Source: an uncultured Bacteroidota bacterium
Lineage (GTDB): Bacteria; Bacteroidota; Bacteroidia; Chitinophagales; Chitinophagaceae
Assembly (NCBI GenBank): GCA_963741345.1
Contig: CAVUHS010000002.1
Coordinates: 260,003 to 324,002, forward strand
Direction: 5' to 3'
DNA: 64,000 bases
The notes under the pieces were generated by a model. That model saw only the letters and a program-made list of their open reading frames with translations, ran no database searches and was not told the DNA's origin. This document shows positions 51,964 through 61,838 of this stretch, one piece after another. Each line of letters starts with the position of its first letter. Within the stretch, counting starts at the first letter, position 1. The translations under genes were made by a program, and so were the position numbers.

Positions 51964-52728
51964 TTAAAGACAGCTATATGCACCATCTACAATCACATCG
52001 CTGCCAGTCGTATAACCGGAGGCGTTAGTTGCCAGGTAAAGCACCGCCGGAATCAGTTCTTCCGGATCTCCCATACGATGGAGGGGAATCAGCGGCATCC
52101 ACGCGTCTTTTAACTCCTGCGGTGTATCCACCGACATAGGTGTGGCAATATAGCCGGGACTCAGGCTATTGACCCTGATATGTGCATATGCCCATTCAAC
52201 AGCAAGAGATCTCGTCAGGTGAATCACGCCTGCCTTAGAAGCATTATAAGACACCTGCCATTGGGGAACATTCACTATACTACCGGACATAGAAGCCATG
52301 TTGATAATACTGCCGTGAATTCCTTTTTCAATCATCACCTTACCGGCAGCACGGGCAACTATATACACTCCGGTCAAATTAACATTGATGATTTCATTCC
52401 ATTCAGCAAGGGTGGCAGACAGCGTATCTTTATGTATACAGGCACCCGCATTGTTAAACACAATATCCACAGATCCTGAACGCTTAATTACTTCTTCCAC
52501 GGCAGCATCCACTCCGGCTTCATCCGTTACATCAACCTGGATACTATATCCTTTCCCGCCTGCTTTTTGAATGGCATCGATCGTTTCCGTAGACTTTGTG
52601 CGACTGAAAATGGCAACCTCGGCACCTGATTTCGCTAATCCGATTGCAACCACCTGGCCGATCCCGCGGCTGCCACCTGTTACGATAGCTACCTTTCCTT
52701 TTAATCCAAACAAATTTTCCAGATACAT
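51964..52728 (-). CDS. Short-chain dehydrogenase/reductase (polyol/sorbose reductase-like)
   Basis: TGGSRGIG, NNAG, ASMSG, YNASK. Confidence 0.92.
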   Translation of the reverse strand: MYLENLFGLKGKVAIVTGGSRGIGQVVAIGLAKSGAEVAIFSRTKSTETIDAIQKAGGKGYSIQVDVTDEAGVDAAVEEVIKRSGSVDIVFNNAGACIHKDTLSATLAEWNEIINVNLTGVYIVARAAGKVMIEKGIHGSIINMASMSGSIVNVPQWQVSYNASKAGVIHLTRSLAVEWAYAHIRVNSLSPGYIATPMSVDTPQELKDAWMPLIPLHRMGDPEELIPAVLYLATNASGYTTGSDVIVDGAYSCL

Positions 52729-52981
52729 AAAATGGTAATTTAATAGTAAGAATTCATCCTGTCGGTATAGACCTGTTTAATACCAGCCAGTCAGGGACCT
52801 GCCGGATTGGTTATTTAATCTGCGGTTTTTCGAAAAGTTACAAATTAACCACTTGAAAATCCGACAAAATAGTCGATTCACCGGATTGAAGTAGTGAAGA
52901 TGTGGTATTTGAACATTGTATAACTTTAAGTGGTCTAAAAACTTCCCTACTTTCGCTTTTCGGACCAGGCATTATCCCATC

Positions 52982-53819
52982 ATGAAAATATACAAATCAA
53001 ATTCCGGGATATTAATAGAGTCAAATGGAAAAATCTATGCTTCCAAACAGGGATCCTGGGATTTATTTATAAATCAGGATGATTTGTACAACAAGCTGGA
53101 GGCGGAAGTCAATGGAGCAAAACCACTTGGTGGGATGGAAGTTCTGAGGGACAAAATTATGCAGGCCCCTATTGAAAGCCAGGAAATCTGGGCGGCAGGC
53201 GTGACATACACCCGGAGCAGGGATGCGCGTATGGAAGAATCTAAAAGATACAGGTGGCGGTAGTTTCTATGATAAAGTGTATGATGCTGTGCGTCCGGAA
53301 CTGTTTTTCAAAGCTACCCCTCATCGTTGTGTAGGACCCGGCGAAAAAGTGAAAATCAGAAAGGATTCCATCTGGAATGTGCCCGAACCTGAGTTAACAC
53401 TTGTTGTAAACAGGTTAGGAAAAATTGTCGGTTATACTGTTGGCAATGACATGAGCAGCCGAAGCATTGAAGGAGAAAATCCACTTTATTTACCACAAGC
53501 CAAAACCTATGACGGTTCGGCTGCAATCGGACCCTGTGTTTATTTGACCGACAAACCCATTTCTTCTCAAACTAAAATAAGATTAGAGATCAAAAGAAAT
53601 GGAGTGATTCAATACTCCGATGAAGTGGAAATCAATAAAATGAAACGCACGCACACTGAACTTGTTGAATTTTTGTTTAGGGAGTGTTCATTTCCCCAGG
53701 GTTGTTTGTTAATGACTGGAACCTGCCTGGTTCCTCCCAACGATTTCACACTTAAAAGCGGTGACGAAATTATCATCCGCATTGATCACATTGGTGAACT
53801 CCAAAATTTCGTTGAATAA
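52982..53819 (+). CDS. Fumarylacetoacetate hydrolase family protein (2-keto-3-deoxypentonate dehydratase-like), +1 frameshift at 53243-53246
   Basis: WAAGVTYTRS..ARMEES joins DTGGGSFYDKVY; RPELFFK, PEPEL, NDMSSRSIEGENPLYLPQAK. Confidence 0.85.
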
Positions 53820-55330
53820 TGGAAATTGTTCCTTCACAGATTATCGGTTTCCGAAATACATTAAGTAACGGAGATACTTTTTATGGTTACAATCCGAATA
53901 CCCGAACAGTTTTGACTATCCCCTTCCGGGAAGCCACCGAAAACGAAATCACCGAGAGCGTTGAGCTGGCACACAAAGCGTTTGCAGTTTACCGGAAAAC
54001 CAGCGATGAACAAAGAAGTTTATTTTTAGAAGCCATCGCCGGCAATATTGAGGCATTGGGCGACGATCTGCTCGGGATAATTCATGATGAAACTGCCCTC
54101 CCGCTGGCAAGACTTACAGGAGAAAGAGCGCGGACAACCGGACAACTAAGACTATTTGCCCAATTATTGAGGGACGGAAACTGGAACAGGAAAATCATAG
54201 ATGAAGCACTGCCCGAAAGAAAACCAATTCCCCGACCCGAGATCATGCAATTGCAAACGCCCATTGGCGTAGTGGCTGTTTTCGGATCCAGTAATTTTCC
54301 ACTGGCCTTTTCTGTGGCAGGTGGTGACACGACGGCGGCTCTTGCTGCGGGTTGCCCCGTAGTTTTTAAGGCCCACCCCGCACATCCGGCAACCTGTCAG
54401 CTGATCGGGAACGCGATTACTAAAGCGGCAAAAGATACCGGCATGCCGGACGGAGTTTTCTCTATGCTGCACGGGTTTACAAATGCAACAGGAGGTAAAC
54501 TGGTTACTCACCCTCTGGTAAAAGCGGTTGCATTTACCGGATCTTTCAAAGGAGGTAAAGCCTTATATGATCAGGCTGTACGAAGAAGGGAACCCATTCC
54601 TGTTTATGCAGAAATGGGCAGTGTGAATCCTGTTTTCTTCCTGCCGGAAGCGGTGAGAAAGGGTGGTGATACACTTGCTATTCAGTTCGCGCAGTCGGTA
54701 ACACTCGGATCGGGACAATTTTGCACGAATCCGGGCCTAAGTGTTTTTATTAAAAACGATGAAAGCAAAGCATTTATTAAAAAAACAGCGGATGTAATGT
54801 CTTCAACTGCACTTCATCCTTTGCTAACCAGGGGAATAGAAGAAGCTTTTCAATCAGGCCTGGAAAAACAAAAAAAATTAACCGGTGCCAATCCGCTCTC
54901 CCTTGTCGTTGAAAATCGCATAGAGCCTCATATTATGATGGTTTCTGCAAAAGATGTTTTACAATATCCAGACTACTTTGAAGAGCTGTTTGGTCCTTCC
55001 ACAATAGCTGTGCTGGCGGAAAATTTTGAAGAAATCAACAAATTGATCGACATGATGCCGGGCCAGCTGACAGCCACTATTCATGCAGCGGAAAACGACT
55101 ACCTGTCAGCAGCATCATTAATTGATGGTCTGACACAAAAAGCAGGCAGGCTGGTGATGAATGGTTTTCCCACCGGAGTGGAAGTCTGTCATGCTATGGT
55201 GCACGGCGGTCCGTATCCGGCAACCACCGATAGCCGGGTTACTTCAGTAGGTACTACATCTATTTACAGGTTTACAAGACCGGTTTGCTATCAGAACATG
55301 CCTGCTGCCCTATTGTCGACTATTCTCTGA
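53819..55330 (+). CDS. NADP-dependent aldehyde dehydrogenase (alpha-ketoglutaric semialdehyde dehydrogenase-like)
   Basis: SNFPLAFSVAGGD, KAHPAHP, FTGS, EMGSVNP, GQFCTNPG, HGGPYPAT. Confidence 0.9.
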   Translation: MEIVPSQIIGFRNTLSNGDTFYGYNPNTRTVLTIPFREATENEITESVELAHKAFAVYRKTSDEQRSLFLEAIAGNIEALGDDLLGIIHDETALPLARLTGERARTTGQLRLFAQLLRDGNWNRKIIDEALPERKPIPRPEIMQLQTPIGVVAVFGSSNFPLAFSVAGGDTTAALAAGCPVVFKAHPAHPATCQLIGNAITKAAKDTGMPDGVFSMLHGFTNATGGKLVTHPLVKAVAFTGSFKGGKALYDQAVRRREPIPVYAEMGSVNPVFFLPEAVRKGGDTLAIQFAQSVTLGSGQFCTNPGLSVFIKNDESKAFIKKTADVMSSTALHPLLTRGIEEAFQSGLEKQKKLTGANPLSLVVENRIEPHIMMVSAKDVLQYPDYFEELFGPSTIAVLAENFEEINKLIDMMPGQLTATIHAAENDYLSAASLIDGLTQKAGRLVMNGFPTGVEVCHAMVHGGPYPATTDSRVTSVGTTSIYRFTRPVCYQNMPAALLSTIL

Positions 55331-55372
55331 TTTATTTTTGATTAATTGATTCATGCCTCATATAGTAACAAC

Positions 55373-55675
55373 ATGAAGAAAAAATTATTCTCTTTAATAC
55401 TCTTAACCATATTTACAATTTCACTTTGTATCGCCCAGTCCGGCGAATGGATCATTTTATTTGATGGTCATTCCACAGACCGGTTGAGAGGATATAAACT
55501 TACTGGTTTCAAAGTGGTGGAATATGAAATCGGTTCTCCGGAAATGATCAAATTACTTTCAGAGAGTAAGTTCAAAAATAATCCGGGCTACGGCAAATCC
55601 GTCAACGGGCTCATAATGTTTCAACATCACGGTCAAAAAGTGTGGTTAAGGAAAATTAAAGTCAGAAGATTATAA
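55373..55675 (+). pseudogene. DUF1080 (3-keto-disaccharide hydrolase-like) gene with in-frame internal deletion
   Basis: N-terminal WIILFDG..RGY is joined directly to C-terminal KVVEYE...QHHG..VWLRKIKV; the core is missing. Confidence 0.7.
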
Positions 55676-55724
55676 AAAATCCTTCACTGTACTTTTTCTC
55701 CGGAGTATTATCGGGGATGGCTGT

Positions 55725-56960
55725 TTAAAATGCGTTGGTTATATTTCGCAAAGAAATTCGCAGGAGTTTTGTAGCAATTTTATCCAAATCTTTTTCATTT
55801 CCCGAAAAATGAAAAACGGAATGTCTGTGCACTAACGACTGGCCGGGCTTCAAAAAGGCAGCTGGAGATACACTCTCAATTTCATAAAAAGGCCCCATTT
55901 GGCTTCCATCAGCCAGTGGCCCATCGTTATACGCATTTACGGCATCGCCGGAAAAAACAGGTTTTGTTGTATTCCATTCCTGGTTCAGATAGGGAGCATG
56001 CTCATCGAGATCAAAGAGGATGATCGTAAGAACCCGATGTTCTGCATCATAACTTCCCGCTATGGGCATGGCTCTACCCGGAATAATTCCCAGCTTCCCC
56101 CTGCTATTCCCGTCTGCTCTAAAAAACAATAGGCTGTCATTGTGCTTTAGCCTTTCCAGGGCGATCTCCCCAAAATAATTAGTGGTTACAGCTTTTTGAA
56201 ATCCACCGGCTTCCTTCCGGAAAGGCGCAAAAATCACAGTAGATTCAGATGGTTTAAGCATATCAAGGATCCAGATGCAGGGCATACCTGTAGCCGCTGT
56301 CCATTCCACACTTCCTCTGTTTGTAAGTACATTTTTTGTTTCATAACCCACTGCATCTAGGGAGTCCAATCCCGCAATTCCCATTCGCTTTATTATCGCC
56401 TGATTGTCCAATATTTTTATTGTTCGATCAGCCAGTAGCTTAATTTCTGTGCCGGCATAATTTATGAGACTCACCTCCTTAAACATCTCAACGAAGGAAC
56501 TGTCTTTGTTCAGCATTATCCAGTTTTCTGTATCAAAAGCTGCGGGGGTTTTCCAGTTTTCAAATAACATGTTTCTGCCGGGCTTAAAAAACAAAGAATA
56601 TTTTCCGCCCTCAGGCCCCAGCCAATACCTGTTCTCACCACCATATGCATTCATATGTGAATTCACTTTGGCTCCAAATGCCCTATAGTTTATCCAGCCG
56701 TAACTGCTACCACGTTCTCCAGTGGCCGTTGAAGTAAATACTTTTCCCTGGTACTTCGGCGAAACAATCACCTGCGCTTCCCCTTCTTTTAATATCACCA
56801 GGGTTGAATCCTGTTTTTTTAAAAATGCAAGATCAAATCCAAATTCGCCTTCCCGGAATGAACCATTTTCATTATCAGCCTGCTTCTGATTTTGACCACG
56901 GTCATAACAGGAAGACGATATCAGCATAAAAATTAATAAAGCCCGCGGGGATATAATCAT
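55725..56960 (-). CDS. DUF6786-like lipoprotein
   Basis: YQGKVFTST, GGENRYWLGPEGG, NAYNDGP, GPFYEIESVSPA. Confidence 0.7.
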   Translation of the reverse strand: MIISPRALLIFMLISSSCYDRGQNQKQADNENGSFREGEFGFDLAFLKKQDSTLVILKEGEAQVIVSPKYQGKVFTSTATGERGSSYGWINYRAFGAKVNSHMNAYGGENRYWLGPEGGKYSLFFKPGRNMLFENWKTPAAFDTENWIMLNKDSSFVEMFKEVSLINYAGTEIKLLADRTIKILDNQAIIKRMGIAGLDSLDAVGYETKNVLTNRGSVEWTAATGMPCIWILDMLKPSESTVIFAPFRKEAGGFQKAVTTNYFGEIALERLKHNDSLLFFRADGNSRGKLGIIPGRAMPIAGSYDAEHRVLTIILFDLDEHAPYLNQEWNTTKPVFSGDAVNAYNDGPLADGSQMGPFYEIESVSPAAFLKPGQSLVHRHSVFHFSGNEKDLDKIATKLLRISLRNITNAF

Positions 56961-57103
56961 ATTGAATGAAGATAACGTTCATCCGAACCTATCGGATAAG
57001 GAAATCCAATACTAAAACTAATTAAACCCAACTTAAAACATTCCTTTTGATTAAAGACCAAACTCTCACGATAGATGATAAAGGAGTATTTATAATAATT
57101 ACT

Positions 57104-57791
57104 ATGATTTTAAGGCTGAGCACTTTAATGATTGTACATCAAATCAATAATGGGAAGAAAACAATCAATATGCAAAAGCCTGAACAATACACAAAAAGCT
57201 ACCGCAGTTGGAGTAGCCGCCGGGGGTGCTGCCGGAGCAATCATCGGTGGAGGGGGTAAAAGTTCGGTCATTGGCGCCCTGATAGGTGCGGCAGTTGGAG
57301 GAAGTGCCGGCTACCTGATCGGGAATCACATGGACCAACAGGCAAAAGAAATAAAACAGGCTGTTCCGGATGCCCAGGTGGAAAGAGTGGGAGAAGGAAT
57401 TAATATGACTTTTAATTCGGGATTATTATTTAAAATTAATTCTACGGAACTTAGTGATTCTGCCAGGTATAATTTAGAGAGAATTGCAGTGGTTTTTAAT
57501 AAATACCCGGAAACAATTATTCTGGTAGAAGGTCATACGGACAATACGGGAACCGAAGAGTATAATATGGATCTGTCCAAAAAACGGGCTTACACCGTAA
57601 GTGATTACCTGATTTCACAGGGAGTCGTAAAGGATCGGTTTGAAATTAAATGGTATGGCGAAACCCAGCCAAAATATCCGAATGATACGGATGCAAATCG
57701 AAAATTGAACCGTCGCGTAGAAGTGGGCGTCATGGCAAACAATGAGTTGAAAAAAGCAGCTGAAAACGGAAATTTAAAAACCTCCGGATGA
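57104..57791 (+). CDS. OmpA-family protein with glycine zipper; N-terminus frameshifted or garbled
   Basis: Gly-zipper, VEGHTDNTG, NRRVEV; ATG 57104 is one base out of frame with the body. Confidence 0.85.
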
Positions 57792-58126
57792 TAACCAGAA
57801 TCTGGCATGGAAGGACAAGCCCGGAAAACGCCGATAACTATCTTCAGTTCTTGTTGACTGATGGTACGAAAGAATATTGGCAAACCAAAGGCATAATATC
57901 AGTCAGGGTTTTGCAGCGAAAAGAGGAAGATAGTTGTCGGTTCTGGACCGTAACAGAGTGGATAGATATAGAATCCATTAAATTATTTGCCGGAGAAAAT
58001 TACGAAAAAGCAAAATACTATCCGGAGGATAATGGAAAATTGCTGGAGTTCGAAGAAAAGGTTATCCATTGCCAAACCTTCGTAATACAAACCCCGGATG
58101 TTGAAGGAAATGTACCAGCCAAATAA
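57788..58126 (+). CDS. ABM-like (antibiotic biosynthesis monooxygenase fold) protein
   Basis: MITRIWHGRT...FAGENYEKAKYYPED. Confidence 0.75.
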   Translation: MITRIWHGRTSPENADNYLQFLLTDGTKEYWQTKGIISVRVLQRKEEDSCRFWTVTEWIDIESIKLFAGENYEKAKYYPEDNGKLLEFEEKVIHCQTFVIQTPDVEGNVPAK

Positions 58127-58300
58127 CTATCAGCTGACCTGAATATGTTAAAAGAACTTATAAAATTGACTGAAAGCCGGAAATGGTATATTTCTTGCCT
58201 TACTCCAGCTCGTAACCCACTCTTATCGGGCAAATACATATATCCCTCATGGACGTTGATTTCTACTCCTGAAGATTTTTATTAAAAAAAGCAAACAACT

Positions 58301-59209
58301 ATGAAACTATCAAGAAGTGCCTGGTTAGGGCTATTGTCTATTGCATTGATTTCAGCAGTCATTATTTCTGCCTGTAACAAAGAAAGTTCTTCTTCGTCCG
58401 GCAACATTCCTCCCGGCAAGCAGCAGGTTTCCGTATCACTTAACGATGATCCGGTTCCCAATTTAACAAGTGTGATAGTAGATATCCGCTACGTGGAAGT
58501 AAAAGTGGATACAGGAAGAGAACATCATGGAGACGCATTTTATGATGATGATCATGAAGGCGAAGACGGCCATCACGATGGTGAAGACGACCATCATCGG
58601 GGAGATCATTTTGGGAAATGGGATACGTTGAGTATAACACCTGGACTGTATGACTTATTAAAACTGAAAAATGGTACAGACACGCTGATCGCTAGTGGAT
58701 TTTCTCATATCGGGAAAATAACTAAAATCAGAATTACTCTGGGCCCGAACAACAGTGTGGCAACAGACAGCTCACATAGTTTTCCACTGCCTATTTGTAG
58801 TACCAGTCCCTATGTTTACGCAAATATCAGGTCCGGTTCTCTGGATAGCCTGGGCGGAGGTCAATATTTGATCCGTATAGACTTCAATGTAGCCAGATCA
58901 ATAGAATTTGAAAATGGCAAGTATTGTCTAAGGGCAAAATTAAAATCTTATTGCCTGAAAACTTCTGGTATCATAGAAGGAAACGTAGTTCCCAGGGCAT
59001 CATATGCTACCATCATGGTGTTTGATAATACTGATACGGCATTTGCCATTCCTGAATTGAGCGGTGATTTTAAGATTCGCGGATTACCGGAAGGAACGTA
59101 TTCAGTGTTGTACAATGCGGTAGCGCCCTATAAAGACACTACCCTGGTGAATATAAAAGTGCAAAACGGGTTGGAAACAAAACTTCCGGCTATCACCTTG
59201 CATCAGTAA
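58301..59209 (+). CDS. DUF4382-domain lipoprotein with C-terminal carboxypeptidase-regulatory-like domain
   Basis: Lipobox SAC; VSLNDDP, YDLLKL.NG, IDFNVARSI; GDFKIRGLPEGTY. Confidence 0.78.
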   Translation: MKLSRSAWLGLLSIALISAVIISACNKESSSSSGNIPPGKQQVSVSLNDDPVPNLTSVIVDIRYVEVKVDTGREHHGDAFYDDDHEGEDGHHDGEDDHHRGDHFGKWDTLSITPGLYDLLKLKNGTDTLIASGFSHIGKITKIRITLGPNNSVATDSSHSFPLPICSTSPYVYANIRSGSLDSLGGGQYLIRIDFNVARSIEFENGKYCLRAKLKSYCLKTSGIIEGNVVPRASYATIMVFDNTDTAFAIPELSGDFKIRGLPEGTYSVLYNAVAPYKDTTLVNIKVQNGLETKLPAITLHQ

Positions 59210-59242
59210 CAGGAAATTTTCGAGATTTGTTTTTTTGATGAC

Positions 59243-59280
59243 AAACGGCTGCTTTATGCAAAAACATGAAGCAGCCGTTT
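59243..59280. terminator. Stem-loop, probable terminator
   Basis: AAACGGCTGCTTTATG-CAAAAA-CATGAAGCAGCCGTTT. Confidence 0.7.
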
Positions 59281-59357
59281 AATAATAAGCAGCAATAGTC
59301 AGAACTTAACCTCGCTTACACTGCCAGATAAGTTTATACCAATCGCTCAATATTGAC

Positions 59358-59710
59358 CTTTGGTATCTCTTCCTGAAATATTGACCGGTATCCCAGGTAC
59401 CACCTCTTTGGGTCCCCGTTGCTTCCCCGATGGGTCCCTATTGCCTCCCCCTATGAGGATTTTTCATTCCGGCTTGCTGTTGTCTTGCTGCTGGCTTGCT
59501 GTTGGCCGGCTGTTTTCCTGCTGTGGACAGCAACCAGGCAGCAACAAAACAGCTATTTAGTAGCCATTTATTAAGAATAGAACAGGTGTGCCATCCCATT
59601 CCGGCGTTTCCAATTCCCAGGGTCCCTATTACCTCCCCAGATTTCGGGCACTAAAGGGGACTCAAAGGGGAGAAACCAGGGAGTCAAAGTAGAGATACCG
59701 GGGAGAAACT
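59358..59710. repeat. Non-coding element of degenerate 11-bp direct and inverted repeats
   Basis: GGCTTGCTGTT-type array followed by ACAGCAACC-type inverse; GGGTCCC-type arrays mirrored by GGGAGTCAAAG-type arrays. Confidence 0.7.
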
Positions 59711-59886
59711 GACATCCATCACAGGAATTGCCGGGTTCTTCATTACCTCACGGGGCCTCCATCGCCTCTTCGGGATGATCTGATGTGGGTTTATTCAACC
59801 TTCGGCTTCCCTTCTTTTAAGGTCAAGCGACCCTCTCCTTGACCCTTAAGTATTCTAAATCAGCCTGTATAACGATCGTCTGATGT

Positions 59887-59953
59887 ATGATGACAATCAT
59901 AGCGGATAGTAATTCAAATCATCTGGGACTAATCAGGTGCATGGCTAACTTCA
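59887..59953 (+). promoter_or_regulatory. Tandem FNR-like boxes plus weak -7 element
   Basis: ATGAT-N4-ATCAT at 59887-59900; GTAAT-N4-ATCAT at 59909-59922; TAACTTCA at 59946-59953. Confidence 0.55.
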
Positions 59954-59992
59954 TTGGGATAAATTTTCTCGCTAAAAAAATCAAGTGGCTGA

Positions 59993-61834
59993 ATGTACGC
60001 CAGGACCCAAAGTTCAAAGGTAGAGCCGAAAAAAAAGGCTGAAAATGGAAAGTTTTATTCCCAACCCATCACCCGTTTTATTATAAACCTGGTTTCACCC
60101 TATCGGAAATGGCTGATAATTATTTTTATCGCGATGATATTCGAAATAGTCTTCAGCCTTGCCTCGCCGTGGCCTTTAAAAATTATAATAGATAATGTTA
60201 TCATGGAAAAGGCACTCCCTCCCGGACTTTTATGGCTGAACAATTTTATACCAGAGAATCATTATATGGCACTTGCCGCAGTCTCCGGAATTTTTTTAGT
60301 TATGATTACTGCTTTTGGCGGAATTGCAGGATACATAAATAACTATTACACAGAAAATGTTTCACAGTTTATAGCCAGGGATCTCCGTCAACGAACATAT
60401 CATCACCTGCAACAGCTGTCTCTTGCTTATTACGATAAGCACCAGGTAGGAAAATTAGTGAGTACAATCACAACAGATGTCAGCACCATACAGGATCTCG
60501 TTTCATCCACGATGTTGAGCATACTGGTAGATTCCCTGACTATTCTTGGGATGTTCGTGCTAATAATTTATCTGAGATGGGATTTCGCATTAATCAGCGC
60601 GGGTATTGCACCTTTTCTTCTTTTATTTTTAATTCGATTCAAAAAGGAAGTAAAAAATGCAACCCGTGAAGTAAGGATGGATCAGGCAAACATGATGGCC
60701 ATTATACAAAATGGTCTGGAATCCATGCGTACAGTGAGTGCATTCGACAGACATGAACTGGAAGAAGACCACCTGCAGAAAATTAGTACAGAAACCGTTC
60801 GGGCCGCCCTCAGGGCGCGAAAAATCAAGTCATTCATTTCGCCTGTTTTTGCAACAGGCGTTTCTGTATGCATAGCATTTGTGCTTTGGCGCGGAACTTA
60901 TCTTGTCAGGGCAGATTTGATGACGCTGGGAGCGTTAACAGTATTTCTGTCTTATTTGAACAAGTTTTTTACCCCGGTAAAAGACCTCGCAAAAATGACG
61001 GTAAGTATTACCCAGTCAGCCGTTGCATTTGAGCGTATTCAACAGATTCTGGAATCAGACATCACGATACCTGAGAAACCAGGTGCAGTAGATCCCGGAA
61101 AATTAAGAGGCGACATTAGTTTTGAGCACGTCTTTTTTTCCTACTCCCCGGGTATACCAGTATTAAAAGATATTCATTTCACAATCAGAGCGGGACAGCG
61201 AATTGGAATTTGCGGTCCGACTGGTAGTGGCAAATCCACCCTTGTAAGTCTTATACCCAGGTTATATGATATCGATTCGGGGCGGATACTAATAGATGGC
61301 CAGGATATAACTGACTACACTTTGAAAGGACTTCGTGGAAATATTGGTTTTGTACTGCAGGACATGATGCTTTTCTATGGATCCGTTCGCGAAAATATCG
61401 CCTATGGCCGGCCAGAAGCAAATGAAAAAGATATTAGCGAAGCCGCCAGACTGGCAAATGCGGATGATTTTATTAGCAGACTTCCGGTCGGTTACAATAC
61501 AATCATCGGAGAAAGAGGAATCACGCTTTCAGGTGGCGAACGCCAGAGAATTGGTATTGCAAGAGCAATACTACGTAATGCCCCCATCCTGATACTTGAT
61601 GAACCAACCGCTTCCCTCGATACAGAATCTGAACATTTTGTGCTCGAAGCCCTGGAAAGGCTTATGGAAGGCCGTACAGTAATAACCATTTCCCACAAAT
61701 TAAACACGATTGCAAAATCGGATAAAATTTATCTTCTGAAGAACGGAATAATCGTTGAAGAAGGTACCCACCATAGCTTGCTTGCAAAGAAAAATATGTA
61801 TGCCCGGCTATATCGTACAAAAGAAACCAGCTGA
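59993..61834 (+). CDS. ABC exporter, fused permease/ATPase (MsbA-like)
   Basis: GPTGSGKST, LSGGERQR, ILILDEPT; N-terminal TM domain. Confidence 0.93.
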   Translation: MYARTQSSKVEPKKKAENGKFYSQPITRFIINLVSPYRKWLIIIFIAMIFEIVFSLASPWPLKIIIDNVIMEKALPPGLLWLNNFIPENHYMALAAVSGIFLVMITAFGGIAGYINNYYTENVSQFIARDLRQRTYHHLQQLSLAYYDKHQVGKLVSTITTDVSTIQDLVSSTMLSILVDSLTILGMFVLIIYLRWDFALISAGIAPFLLLFLIRFKKEVKNATREVRMDQANMMAIIQNGLESMRTVSAFDRHELEEDHLQKISTETVRAALRARKIKSFISPVFATGVSVCIAFVLWRGTYLVRADLMTLGALTVFLSYLNKFFTPVKDLAKMTVSITQSAVAFERIQQILESDITIPEKPGAVDPGKLRGDISFEHVFFSYSPGIPVLKDIHFTIRAGQRIGICGPTGSGKSTLVSLIPRLYDIDSGRILIDGQDITDYTLKGLRGNIGFVLQDMMLFYGSVRENIAYGRPEANEKDISEAARLANADDFISRLPVGYNTIIGERGITLSGGERQRIGIARAILRNAPILILDEPTASLDTESEHFVLEALERLMEGRTVITISHKLNTIAKSDKIYLLKNGIIVEEGTHHSLLAKKNMYARLYRTKETS

Positions 61835-61838
61835 TCCT

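Noticed and set aside
59360-59560. 66-aa ORF across the 11-bp repeat element
   Set aside because: An 11-bp period is incompatible with a coding repeat; TTG start and low-complexity product
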